Origin: Longimicrobiales bacterium
Lineage (GTDB): Bacteria > Gemmatimonadota > Gemmatimonadetes > Longimicrobiales > Gaopeijiaceae
Direction: 5' to 3'
Assembly: GCA_963422615.1 (NCBI GenBank)
Contig: OY730414.1
Span: 1,658,302 to 1,722,301, forward strand
DNA length: 64,000 nt
Part shown: positions 37,290-46,986 of the stretch, piece after piece
How positions within the stretch are numbered: position 1 is the first letter of the stretch
Layout of the letters: each line of letters opens with the position of its first letter
Translations under genes and position numbers: made by a program
The notes under the pieces: generated by a model
Told to the model about the DNA's origin: nothing
The model's database searches: none
Seen by the model: only the letters and a program-made list of their open reading frames with translations

Positions 37290-40200
37290 TCGGCCTGAGC
37301 GTTCGCCGCCCCGTCGCCGTGGCCATGGGCTACCTTGCCGTCGGATTCCTGGGCTTGGCGGCTTGGCGGAACATTCCCATCGAACTTCTTCCCGACACCG
37401 ACCTGCCCCGCTTGACCGTGAGTGGCTACTGGCCCGGAGCCTCTCCGGAAACGGTAGAGGCGTTCCTCACATCCCCCTTGGAAGCGACCATCCAGTTGGT
37501 TCAGGGCGTGGACAAAGTGGTTTCCCGTTCTCAGGAGCAATCTGCCTGGATCGAGGTGGAGTTCGCCCGCGATACGGACATGGACTTTGCCCGGCTGGAT
37601 CTGTCGGAACGACTGGCGGCCTTGGAGGAATCGGAGCTCCCTCCTGGCGTGAGAAGAGTCACGGTGGAGCCCTACGTGCCCCAAGAGTTCGAAGCCCAGA
37701 GCCGCGGGTTCATGATCTACACCTTCACGGGGGCCCGAACCCTGGAGTCTCTCCGCCAGCACCTGAACGACTACGTGGTTCCGGAGCTGAATCAAGTGGA
37801 AGGCGTCGCCGTCGCCACCGCCTACGGTGGACGAGAACGGGTCTTGGAAGTCGAGTTGGACCGGGAGCGCATGGCCGACCTGGGGGTGAGTCCGGCGATG
37901 GTGCGACAGAAGCTGGGCGGCTTGGACTTGGTCCAGGAAGCCGGAACCGTGCGTTCCGGGGACCGGCAGTGGACGGTGACGATCCAGAACCGGCCCGCGT
38001 CTGCGGAGGATATTCGCAATGCGGTCGTCAGCAGCGACCGGAACCGCATCGTTCGAATCTCCGACGTTGCCACCGTCCGGGACACGTATGAAGACATCGA
38101 GAATCACTATCGGGTCAACGGACGACCGGCGGTCCAAGTCAGCATTATGAAGGAAATCGGCACCAATACGGTTCGGGTGGCCGACCGCGTCAAGGAACGG
38201 ATGGCGGCCGTTGAGCTGCGCAATCCCCCCAACACCCAATTTGTTCTGGACAGGGACGAAAGCAAGGAGATTCGCCGCCAGCTCTCCGACCTTCGGAACC
38301 GAGCCATGATTTCCGTGGTGGTGATCTTTTTCGTTCTTCTCCTGTTCCTCCGTTCCTTCCGATCCGCCGTTGTGGTTTTCGCCACCATCGCCTTTTCGAT
38401 TCTCATCGCGCTCAACCTCATCTACTTCTGGGGCCTCTCCCTGAACCTCCTGACCTTGATGGGGCTGGCCATGGGGTTCGGGCTGATTGTGGACAACTCC
38501 ATCGTGGTTCTGGAGAACGTCTACCGGCGATGGCAGGCCGGAAGAACGGCCGAGGACGCTATCCGGGAGGGCGCCTCTCGGGTGGTGCTTCCGATACTGG
38601 CCGCTACTGCGACCACCCTCATCGTGTTTGTGCCATTCGTGTACATGCAGGACGAACTCAGGGTCTACTACGTCCCCCTGGCGATCGTCGTCGCCCTGAC
38701 CCTGCTGGCGTCGTTGGCGGTGGCCTTCAGTTTCATTCCCGCTCTTCTCAACCGGCTGTTGCCCTCCCGAAGCGCCCCTCCGGCTGGAGACCGGTCAGGC
38801 CGTCCCCCCTTCTATGAGCGGTTCTATCGAGGTCTGGTGGTCCGCACCCTCCGGTGGCCGTGGATGACCGTGTTGATCGGCCTGAGTGCGCTGGGGGGAT
38901 CGTACTTCCTTTTCCAACAATATGTGACCCGGGGGGTGGTCTGGGGTGGAGCCTGGGGCCAGGATACCTACATTTCCATACAGATTGAGCTGCCGCGGGG
39001 CTCGGACATTGAGCGCACGGATGAACTGACCCGGTACTTCGAAGAGCGTCTCCGCCAGATGCCCGAAGTTGAGCAGTTCGTTTCGCGAATCCGGGGGGAG
39101 GGGAGCTACACCCGGGTGACCTTCCCCGATTCCTTGGAACACACCGGGGTCCCTGTGAGCATCAAGGACCAGCTATACGCCTTTTCCCTGGGTTTCTCCG
39201 GCGCGGAAGTGAGGGTCTACGGCTTTGGTCCCTCTTTTTACGGGGGGGGTGGGTCGGTTCCCAGCTACAACATTCAAATCCTGGGGTACAACTACGAAAT
39301 GGTGCGGGACATCGCCCAGGACATCGGAACTCGGTTGGGTCGGCTCCCCCGGGTCAACGAAGTGAACACAAATTCCACCGGGAACTGGTTCGACCGGGAA
39401 CGGGCTTCCGAATTCGCGGTGAACGTCCGTCGCGACGTCGTCTCACGTCACGATCTTACCGTGGCGCAGCTCGTGAGCCAGATCGGGGCGGGCGTCAGGG
39501 GCCAGGTTAGCCAGAGTCAGATCAAGATCGGGGGGGAGGAAATTCGCTACGACGTCAAACTGGAGGGCAACCGGAATGTGGATCTGGTCGAGCTCCGGCA
39601 GACCCTCATCGTCACCCCGGAAGGGCGGCCTGTTCGCCTCGGGGAACTGGTGGACATCCGGTCCAGGGATGTCCTGGCCACCATCAACCGGGAAGACCAG
39701 CAGTACCAGCGTACCGTGAGCTATGATTTTCGGGGACCCTACAAGCTGGGCGACCTGGTTCACACCACCGTGATTGAGTCCACCGAGGTGCCGCCCGGGT
39801 ATTCGGTTGAGAAGCGCGACACATGGGGGTGGTCCCAGGAGGAACGGAACCAGATCTACTTGGTGCTCGCCATCTCCATCTTTCTGGTGTACATGGTCAC
39901 CGCGGCCCTTTTCGAGTCCCTTCTGCTTCCCTTGTGTGTCCTCTTGGCCGTGCCCATGGCCCTCATCGGCGTTTTTCTCATTTTCTTCTTTCTGGACGCC
40001 CAGTTCACCCGGGAGGCGTACATCGGGGTGATCATGATGGGCGGAATTGTCGTCAACAATGCGATCCTTCTGGTGGACCACGTGAGTCGCCTGAGAAGCG
40101 ACCACGGCATGGCCCTGGAACCCGCCATCGTCCGGGGCACGGTGGAGCGGGTGCGCCCCATCCTCATGACCTCGGTCACGACGATCTTGGGCATGCTGCC

Positions 40201-40387
40201 CTTGGTCCTCTTGAGTGACACCGCCAACTCCAACATCTGGAATGCCCTGGCCTACTCCTTGGTCGGGGGGCTCCTGTCTTCCACTTTTCTGGTGCTCACG
40301 GCGACGCCCGCCCTGTACTTTCTCTTTGAGCGTCGCAGGGGTGCCCGGGGGAAGGCACCCCTGCAGGCGGGCTCACCCGTTGCCTGA
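37286..40387 (+). CDS. RND efflux permease subunit 2
   Basis: RRPVAVAM, IPIELLPD..LP, GLIVDNSIVVLEN, ALFES, GIVVNNAILLVD, RVRPILMT. ATGA overlap with subunit 1. Confidence 0.95.
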   Translation: MIGLSVRRPVAVAMGYLAVGFLGLAAWRNIPIELLPDTDLPRLTVSGYWPGASPETVEAFLTSPLEATIQLVQGVDKVVSRSQEQSAWIEVEFARDTDMDFARLDLSERLAALEESELPPGVRRVTVEPYVPQEFEAQSRGFMIYTFTGARTLESLRQHLNDYVVPELNQVEGVAVATAYGGRERVLEVELDRERMADLGVSPAMVRQKLGGLDLVQEAGTVRSGDRQWTVTIQNRPASAEDIRNAVVSSDRNRIVRISDVATVRDTYEDIENHYRVNGRPAVQVSIMKEIGTNTVRVADRVKERMAAVELRNPPNTQFVLDRDESKEIRRQLSDLRNRAMISVVVIFFVLLLFLRSFRSAVVVFATIAFSILIALNLIYFWGLSLNLLTLMGLAMGFGLIVDNSIVVLENVYRRWQAGRTAEDAIREGASRVVLPILAATATTLIVFVPFVYMQDELRVYYVPLAIVVALTLLASLAVAFSFIPALLNRLLPSRSAPPAGDRSGRPPFYERFYRGLVVRTLRWPWMTVLIGLSALGGSYFLFQQYVTRGVVWGGAWGQDTYISIQIELPRGSDIERTDELTRYFEERLRQMPEVEQFVSRIRGEGSYTRVTFPDSLEHTGVPVSIKDQLYAFSLGFSGAEVRVYGFGPSFYGGGGSVPSYNIQILGYNYEMVRDIAQDIGTRLGRLPRVNEVNTNSTGNWFDRERASEFAVNVRRDVVSRHDLTVAQLVSQIGAGVRGQVSQSQIKIGGEEIRYDVKLEGNRNVDLVELRQTLIVTPEGRPVRLGELVDIRSRDVLATINREDQQYQRTVSYDFRGPYKLGDLVHTTVIESTEVPPGYSVEKRDTWGWSQEERNQIYLVLAISIFLVYMVTAALFESLLLPLCVLLAVPMALIGVFLIFFFLDAQFTREAYIGVIMMGGIVVNNAILLVDHVSRLRSDHGMALEPAIVRGTVERVRPILMTSVTTILGMLPLVLLSDTANSNIWNALAYSLVGGLLSSTFLVLTATPALYFLFERRRGARGKAPLQAGSPVA

Positions 40388-40456
40388 CCCGATGCCCCAA
40401 CGGTGTCCCCCTGATTCCTTCGACCTTTTCGGCCCGCGCTCTGCACTCCCTGTCTC

Positions 40457-41959
40457 ATGAGACTTCGTTTCGCGCCTTCTCCCACCGGGGACCTCCACGT
40501 AGGCGGAGCCCGCACGGCTCTCTTCAACTGGCTCTTGGCCCGCCAGGGAGGCGGCAGTTTCGTCCTCCGAATCGAAGATACGGACCGGGAGCGAAGTCGG
40601 AGCGAACACGTTCGGGCCATCGTGAAGGGCTTGATGTGGCTTGGCCTGGATTGGGACGAGGGGCCTGTGTTTCAAGCAGAGGGAATGGAGCGTCACCGCC
40701 AAATGGGGTTGGAACTCTTGGAGCGGGGGCTTGCGTATCGGGACTTCACACCCCCTGCCGAATTCGCGAGGGCAAGGGAAAAAGCGGTCTCCCAGGGAGC
40801 TGGAACGACGTCGCGCCTCCCCAGGGCCCTGGCGGAGCGGGTCTCCCGGGAAGAAGGAGACCGAAGAGCGGCGGTGGGAGAGGACTTTGCCGTGAGGTTC
40901 CGGATACCGGGCGGGTCTACGACCTGGAACGACCTGGTTCGGGGTCGAACCGACTTCAAGAACGGAGAAATCGACGACTTCGTGATTCTCCGCAGCGATG
41001 GCACCCCTACTTACAACCTGGCGGTGGTGTCGGACGACCGCGACATGGGGATCACCCACGTCATTCGGGGAGACGACCACATTTCCAATACGCCGAAGCA
41101 AATTCTGCTCTACCGGGCGCTGGGCAAGCCCGTCCCCGCTTTCGGACATCTGCCCATGATTCTGGGATCCGATGGGAGACGCCTTTCCAAGCGCCACGGC
41201 GCCCGGTCGGTGGCGTCCTACGCCGCGGAGGGCTTCTTCCCGGAAGCGATGGTCAACTTCCTGGCGCTGCTGGGCTGGTCTCCGGGGACGGACCAAGAGG
41301 CGCTGTCCCGAAAGGAGCTGATCACCCGGTTTTCGCTGGAGCGAGTCCTGAAAAAGAGCGCCGTCTTCGACGAGGCGAAGCTCCGCTGGCTGAACGGCCG
41401 CTACATGGCGCAAATGGGATTGAAGGCGCTGGCCCGGGAGCTGCGGCGAACGTTGGCCCAGGACAGGGCTGAACCGGTCCCGCCTGGTGACGGCAACCCT
41501 GGGGTAGAGGCGTCCGATGCCTCTCCCCTCTTGACCCGGGAAGCGTTCCAACGGATGACGGCCGCCCTTGTCCCCAGGAGCCGCACGCTGGCCGAGATGG
41601 CTAAGCTGGCCCGTCCCTATGTCGGCCCGGTCCGGGGATACGAAGAGAAGGTGGCGCGAAGGACTTGGCACCGGGACCCGGAGAGGGCGGTGGAGATTCT
41701 TTCGGCCACCCGGGAGGTCCTGGCCCGGGTTTCATGGACGGGAGAGGCGCTGGAGGGGGAAATGCGTGGCTTGGCGGAGGAACTGGGGGTAGCTGCGGGC
41801 AAAGTCTTCCAGCCGCTCCGTCTGGCCCTGACGGGATCGGGGGCCAGCCCGGGCATCTTCGATGTGTTGCTGATCCTGGGGCGGAAGCGTTCCGTTCGAC
41901 GGGTGGAGGAGGCCGTCTCCGCCATTCGGATGTCCGCTGTCGCACCCGGGGCTCCATAG
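40457..41959 (+). CDS. gltX: Glutamate--tRNA ligase
   Basis: RFAPSPTGDLHVGGARTALFN, LRIEDTD, PTYNLA...DD..M.ITHVIRGDDHISNTPKQ, RLSKRHG, LRLALTG...SPG. Confidence 0.96.
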   Translation: MRLRFAPSPTGDLHVGGARTALFNWLLARQGGGSFVLRIEDTDRERSRSEHVRAIVKGLMWLGLDWDEGPVFQAEGMERHRQMGLELLERGLAYRDFTPPAEFARAREKAVSQGAGTTSRLPRALAERVSREEGDRRAAVGEDFAVRFRIPGGSTTWNDLVRGRTDFKNGEIDDFVILRSDGTPTYNLAVVSDDRDMGITHVIRGDDHISNTPKQILLYRALGKPVPAFGHLPMILGSDGRRLSKRHGARSVASYAAEGFFPEAMVNFLALLGWSPGTDQEALSRKELITRFSLERVLKKSAVFDEAKLRWLNGRYMAQMGLKALARELRRTLAQDRAEPVPPGDGNPGVEASDASPLLTREAFQRMTAALVPRSRTLAEMAKLARPYVGPVRGYEEKVARRTWHRDPERAVEILSATREVLARVSWTGEALEGEMRGLAEELGVAAGKVFQPLRLALTGSGASPGIFDVLLILGRKRSVRRVEEAVSAIRMSAVAPGAP

Positions 41960-42095
41960 AGAACTGCAAACGGCAGCCCACGAGAGAACGAGGACGAACG
42001 GATAACGGGAAGGCGCGCGGGGGATCCGGTTGCTCCCGGGTACCGTGGCGTATATGTTTTCCCTCCGAACCGCTGCAGCCCCCTCGCGGCAGAGA

Positions 42096-42800
42096 ATGCG
42101 AAACGCTTCGAAATCCGGCTTGTCCTCTGCCGACTCAAACGGTTTACGCGTCACATCGGGTCTGACCGGTACTGAGCGCAAGATCCTGGACTTCATGGTG
42201 TTGTACCTGCGTCGGAATACGTACCAGCCGTCGATCCGGGAGATTGGAGAGCGGTTCGGGATCAAGAGTACCAAGACGGTTTCGGAACACCTTCAGGCCC
42301 TGGAGGACAAGGGGTTTCTGGAGCGTGACCCATCCCGATCCCGGGGTGTCAAGATCATCGGCATTGACCTCAGCCCCCAGATCGTCTCCGTGCCGTACTA
42401 CCGCGATCTCGGGGAGGCGGCGACCGGTTTCAGGTCGAATCAGGCGGTCCTCCACATCTCCATGGACCGGCGGCTGGTCAGTGGGCAGGGTTGCTTCATG
42501 GTTCGGAGTCCACGGAATCGGCTCGCGTCGGTGGGGATCTATGAGGGGGATGCCCTGGTCATTGAACCGGTTCTGGCAGAAGAACTGAAGGATGGCGAAA
42601 TCATCGTGGCCGGCGTGGGAGCGGCCCCGGACTACTACCGGTTGCGGAAGGCGAGTTCTCGCGTCTTCCTTCACCCGGTTGACGGGGGAGAAGCCCCCGT
42701 GCGGGAAAGAGAGCCGACCTCGCTCGTACTGATGGGACGGGTGGCGGCCATCTACCGTCGGTTCGAAAACGGCCCCCTGTCGTCTGCCACGGCCCACTAG
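42096..42800 (+). CDS. lexA: LexA-family repressor with degenerate peptidase domain
   Basis: LexA winged HTH LT..ERKILDF...PSIREIG..FG.KS...V..HL.ALE.KG.L.R....SRG. C-terminal S24-like domain is recognisable but lacks the catalytic Ser and Lys. Start uncertain. Confidence 0.85.
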   Translation: MRNASKSGLSSADSNGLRVTSGLTGTERKILDFMVLYLRRNTYQPSIREIGERFGIKSTKTVSEHLQALEDKGFLERDPSRSRGVKIIGIDLSPQIVSVPYYRDLGEAATGFRSNQAVLHISMDRRLVSGQGCFMVRSPRNRLASVGIYEGDALVIEPVLAEELKDGEIIVAGVGAAPDYYRLRKASSRVFLHPVDGGEAPVREREPTSLVLMGRVAAIYRRFENGPLSSATAH

Positions 42801-42903
42801 CGGCCGTTTGCCGACGTCGGCCGTTTCCCGCTCCCAGGGGCGCTTGGCTTCGGCCGTTTCCGTTTCGCCTTTCCAGGACGGCGGCCGCCAGGATCGGGCA
42901 TGG

Positions 42904-43353
42904 ATGGCCCGCGCGCTGGAATTGGCCCGAATCGGTGGGGTGCGGGGAGAGGTACCCGTCGGCGCCGTGATCGTTCGGGATCGGAAGGTCCTGGCCGAAT
43001 CTCACAATCGAACGGTGGCTTGGTCCGACCCCACGGCCCACGCGGAGGTGGTGGCCATCCGAAAAGCGGCTGGGCGCATAGGAGACTGGCGCCTGAGTGA
43101 CTGCACCCTTTACGTAACCCTGGAGCCCTGTGCCCAGTGCGCCGGGGCCATTGTCCTGGCCCGAATCGCCCGGCTGGTCTTTGGCGCCCCGGATCCGAAG
43201 GCGGGGATGGCGGGAAGCCACGAGAACCTGGTCCGGGACCCGAGGCTGAACCACCAGGCCGAAGTGCTGGGCGATGTGCTTGGTTCCGAGTCCGCCCGGC
43301 TGCTCCGGAGATTCTTTCGGTCCCGACGGGGAAGGGGCCGTAAGGAAATCTAG
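42904..43353 (+). CDS. tadA: tRNA adenosine(34) deaminase
   Basis: GEVPVGAVIV, DPTAHAE, LYVTLEPCAQCAGA, FGA.DPKAG, LNH. Start could be upstream (42808). Confidence 0.93.
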   Translation: MARALELARIGGVRGEVPVGAVIVRDRKVLAESHNRTVAWSDPTAHAEVVAIRKAAGRIGDWRLSDCTLYVTLEPCAQCAGAIVLARIARLVFGAPDPKAGMAGSHENLVRDPRLNHQAEVLGDVLGSESARLLRRFFRSRRGRGRKEI

Positions 43354-45284
43354 ACGGTCTCTTCTTCTTTGACCGGCGTGCCAAACACTCGGAGGATTCC
43401 TGCCAGTAGCGCGACCCCGACCAGAAGCGCGATCCAGTTGGGCAGACCCAGGGCGGTCCCCACGCTTCCCAGGGTCAGCCCGACCCCGCCGACCAGCAAG
43501 GCGTAGGGCAGCTGCGTTCGCACATGGTCCACATGGTCGCAGGCGGATGCGGTGGAAGACAGCACCGTCGTGTCCGAGATGGGGGAGCAGTGGTCGCCCC
43601 ATATGGCGCCGGCCAGCACGGAGCTCGTTGTGCCTAGCAAGATGCCGAAATGCGTGCCGTCGGCGAAGCCGGACCCTCCGGCCAGGGAAACGGTCAGCGG
43701 CACCACCAGCGGGATCAGGATGGCCATGGTCGTCCACGAGGTTCCCGTCGCGAAGGCCATGGCTCCCGATGTGACGAATACAAGGGCCGGGAGAAGGAAC
43801 AGGGGCAGGTTGCCGCTGAGTAGCTGGGACAGGTAGTCTGCCGTCCCTACGTCCTTCGTAACGGCTCCCAGAGACCAGGCCAAGGTGAGAATCACCATGG
43901 CGATCATCATGGCCTTTACGCCGCTGAGCCAAGCGTCAATGCATTCCCGCACGGTGAGCAGTCGTTGGCCGACAGAGAGAAAAGCGGCTGCCAAGCATCC
44001 TGCAAGAGATCCCCAGAGCAGGGTCTTGAAAGGGTCGGCCGCTCCGAAGATGTCTCTCATCGACGCGGCGGAACCCGCTTCGGCCCGCCCAGAAGCATAC
44101 AGCCCCCCCAGGACGACCAGGACCACGGTGAGCACGGGGATCCCGGCGTTCCACCCCCTCAGGGGCGTCCCCTCCCGCACGTCCAGGAAGCTACTGGAAG
44201 TGTCGGTGGCGAGCATGGCCCCCGGACGGTGGAGCCCTTTCCCCGCCGCCGCCCTTGCCTCGGCCCCGGCCATGGCCCCGAAATCCCGGTTCATCCAGGA
44301 GGTAAGGAAAACGAAGGCGAGGGCCAATAGGGGGTAGAAGAGGTACGGAATGGTCTGAATGAAGACCCAGTACGGGCTCAGGTCTCCCAAGAAGACCGCG
44401 TCTCTACCTGTCGCTTCAGTGGCTGCCGCCTGGAGGCCACTCCCGATGAGGGAGACTTCGTAGCCGACCCACGTGGAGACGGGCACCAGCGCCGCCACCG
44501 GCGCAGCCGTCGAGTCGACCAGGTATGCCAGCTTTTCCCGGGACACCTTGAGCTTGTCCGTGATTGCGCGCATCGTGTTGCCCACAACCAGCGTATTTGC
44601 ATAGTCGTCGAAAAAGATGGCAAGGCCGGCCAGGGCCGTGGCGATCTTTCCCCGGCGGCGGTTTCTTGCGAGGGGCGCGACGGCGCGGACCACCCCCAGG
44701 GTGCCGCCGTTCCGGCCGATCATCCCGACCATGCCCCCCAACAACAAACTGAAGATCACGATCTGAGTGTGGCCACTGTCCGTGTCCGACAGCGCCCCGA
44801 CGACGTACTGGTCAACCAAGCGCCATGTCGCCTGAACCGGATTGTAGCCTGCCACGGCAAGGGCGCCCAGCCAGATGCCGGCCAGCAGGGCGGTGATGAC
44901 CTCCCTGAAGACGAGGGCGAGAAGAATCGCAACCAGGGGAGGCAGGAGGGAAAACCACCCGGGAACCAAGGGCGGGGAGAACTCAAGTACCGTGTCTCCC
45001 GCCCGGATGGAGAGGGGCAGATCGGCTCGGGAGGCGACCGACAGGTTCCGAAACTCCCGGGTCTCTTCCCCCGCCACCGGTCCGGACGCCAAAAGGTCTC
45101 CTCGGGCGTTCCGGACCTCCACCTCCAGGATGGCAGCCCCGGTTCCCCCCCGTACGGAGAGGGTGAAGGGGATCGACCCCAATATGACCTTGGGACCCTC
45201 CGTCACTTCCTGGGCGCGAACATCCGAGGCCAAGGAGGCCGCGAGAAGGAGCGCCGGTATCAACCAACCTGCCATACGGACCAT
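43350..45284 (-). CDS. NhaC-family Na+/H+ antiporter / amino-acid transporter with extra N-terminal exported domain
   Basis: SLLPPLVAI.LA, IFFDDYANTL.VG, SREKLAYLVDSTAAP, AFATGTSW.TM, GDHCSPISDTTVLSS...CDH.DHV.TQLPYA. Confidence 0.9.
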   Translation of the reverse strand: MVRMAGWLIPALLLAASLASDVRAQEVTEGPKVILGSIPFTLSVRGGTGAAILEVEVRNARGDLLASGPVAGEETREFRNLSVASRADLPLSIRAGDTVLEFSPPLVPGWFSLLPPLVAILLALVFREVITALLAGIWLGALAVAGYNPVQATWRLVDQYVVGALSDTDSGHTQIVIFSLLLGGMVGMIGRNGGTLGVVRAVAPLARNRRRGKIATALAGLAIFFDDYANTLVVGNTMRAITDKLKVSREKLAYLVDSTAAPVAALVPVSTWVGYEVSLIGSGLQAAATEATGRDAVFLGDLSPYWVFIQTIPYLFYPLLALAFVFLTSWMNRDFGAMAGAEARAAAGKGLHRPGAMLATDTSSSFLDVREGTPLRGWNAGIPVLTVVLVVLGGLYASGRAEAGSAASMRDIFGAADPFKTLLWGSLAGCLAAAFLSVGQRLLTVRECIDAWLSGVKAMMIAMVILTLAWSLGAVTKDVGTADYLSQLLSGNLPLFLLPALVFVTSGAMAFATGTSWTTMAILIPLVVPLTVSLAGGSGFADGTHFGILLGTTSSVLAGAIWGDHCSPISDTTVLSSTASACDHVDHVRTQLPYALLVGGVGLTLGSVGTALGLPNWIALLVGVALLAGILRVFGTPVKEEETV

Positions 45285-45455
45285 GGGATTCCCCGTTTGC
45301 TTGGGCTTCCGTGGGGTGCGGGTGTTCCCGGACTTATGCCAGGATACTGCCCCAATCATGTTGGCCGGGCGGCTCGGGGGCAATTACCTTGTCGGCCGTC
45401 CTCGGCCTGCGGATGGCTGGAGATTCGGTTCCGGACTGGAGCGGGAGATTACCCC

Positions 45456-46013
45456 GTGGCGGCTGCAAAATCCACAGTGCTCATGGACGGCGTCGCCGTA
45501 CGCCGGGCCGTGGACAGGATGGCCCGCGAGGTTTTGGAAACGCGAGTGGGCACCGAGCGTATGGTTCTCATCGGGATCCAGAGAAGGGGCGTCTACCTGG
45601 GGGAGATGCTCGGGCAGGCCATCGCTCGGGCGGAGGGCGAGGAGGTGCCGGCAGGGACCCTGGACATCACCTTGTACCGCGACGACCTGATGACGCTGGG
45701 GCCGCGGCCTCTGGTGGGAGAGACCCGGCTGCCTCCCAAGGGCATCGACAACCTGGCCGTCATCCTTGTCGATGATGTCCTGTACACCGGGCGCACGGCG
45801 CGAGCGGCCCTCAACGAACTCATGGACTGGGGTCGGCCCGCACGGATCGTGCTGTGTGTCCTCGTGGATCGGGGCGAGCGGGAGCTTCCGATCCAGCCCG
45901 ACATCGTTGGCCGGGAGTTCCAGGTACCGTCGGCCCAGCGCGTCGACGTACTCGTCCCTGAACTGGACGGAGACTTGGCCGTCGTTCTCACGCACCCGGA
46001 GGAGTTCCGGTGA
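45456..46013 (+). CDS. pyrR: Bifunctional pyr operon regulator / uracil phosphoribosyltransferase
   Basis: [49 protein letters not shown]. Confidence 0.95.
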   Translation: MAAAKSTVLMDGVAVRRAVDRMAREVLETRVGTERMVLIGIQRRGVYLGEMLGQAIARAEGEEVPAGTLDITLYRDDLMTLGPRPLVGETRLPPKGIDNLAVILVDDVLYTGRTARAALNELMDWGRPARIVLCVLVDRGERELPIQPDIVGREFQVPSAQRVDVLVPELDGDLAVVLTHPEEFR

Positions 46014-46981
46014 GCCGTTCCGATTCGGTGCTAGGCAAGGACCTGATCGGGCTGGAGCCCCTGTCGGCGGACCAGATTCGCGTCATCCTGGACACAGCCG
46101 AGCCCTTCAAGGAGATCTCGGAGCGGCGGATCAAGAAGGTCCCGGTGCTGCGGGGAAAGACCATCGTCAACCTCTTCTTCGAGCCCTCTACCCGGACGCG
46201 GATTTCCTTTGAGTTCGCCGAAAAGCGGCTGTCTGCCGACACCGTCAACATCGGAGCAAACCGCTCTTCCGTCTCCAAGGGGGAGACCTTGGTCGACACG
46301 GCGCGCAACCTGGAGGCCATGCGCATCGACATGGTGGTCATGCGCCACTGGTCCGCGGGAGCCGCGTCCTTCTTGGCCGCCCGGATTCCATCCCACGTGA
46401 TTAACGCCGGGGACGGGGCCCACGAGCACCCGACCCAGGGTCTGTTGGACATCCTGACTCTCCGGGACCATTTCGGCAGCTTGGAGGGGCTCCGGGTGTG
46501 CATCGTCGGCGACATTCTCCACTCCCGAGTGGCTCGGTCCAGCGTGTACGGCCTGGTCAAGCTCGGAGCCGAAGTCGCGGTCTGCGGGCCCCGGACCTTG
46601 TTGCCAACGGGGATCGGGGCGTTGGGCGTCGAGGTTTTCGACCGTCTGGACGAGGCTCTGGCGTGGGCCGACGCCGTGAGTGTCCTGCGCCTTCAGTTGG
46701 AGCGCATGCAGGACGGATTCGTGCCGTCGCTGCGAGAGTACAGCCGGGTCTTCGGAGTGACCCGAAGCCGACTGGAACGGGCGGGTCGGGAGATTCTGAT
46801 TCTGCATCCCGGACCGATCAACCGGGGGGTTGAAATCGACTCGGACGTAGCCGACGGGCCCCACTCCGTGATTCTTCGGCAAGTGACGAACGGCGTAGCC
46901 GTCCGGATGGCGGTCCTATACCTCCTGGCCGGTGGAAAGTCCCACCTCGCCGAGTCGGCCAAGGCCGGAGCTCGAAAGTAG
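46010..46981 (+). CDS. pyrB: Aspartate carbamoyltransferase catalytic subunit
   Basis: [74 protein letters not shown]. Confidence 0.96.
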   Translation: MSRSDSVLGKDLIGLEPLSADQIRVILDTAEPFKEISERRIKKVPVLRGKTIVNLFFEPSTRTRISFEFAEKRLSADTVNIGANRSSVSKGETLVDTARNLEAMRIDMVVMRHWSAGAASFLAARIPSHVINAGDGAHEHPTQGLLDILTLRDHFGSLEGLRVCIVGDILHSRVARSSVYGLVKLGAEVAVCGPRTLLPTGIGALGVEVFDRLDEALAWADAVSVLRLQLERMQDGFVPSLREYSRVFGVTRSRLERAGREILILHPGPINRGVEIDSDVADGPHSVILRQVTNGVAVRMAVLYLLAGGKSHLAESAKAGARK

Positions 46982-46986
46982 CCGCT

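Noticed and set aside
45285..45455. PyrR-binding attenuator upstream of pyrR
   Set aside because: I could not find the conserved PyrR binding-loop sequence or a terminator/antiterminator pair.
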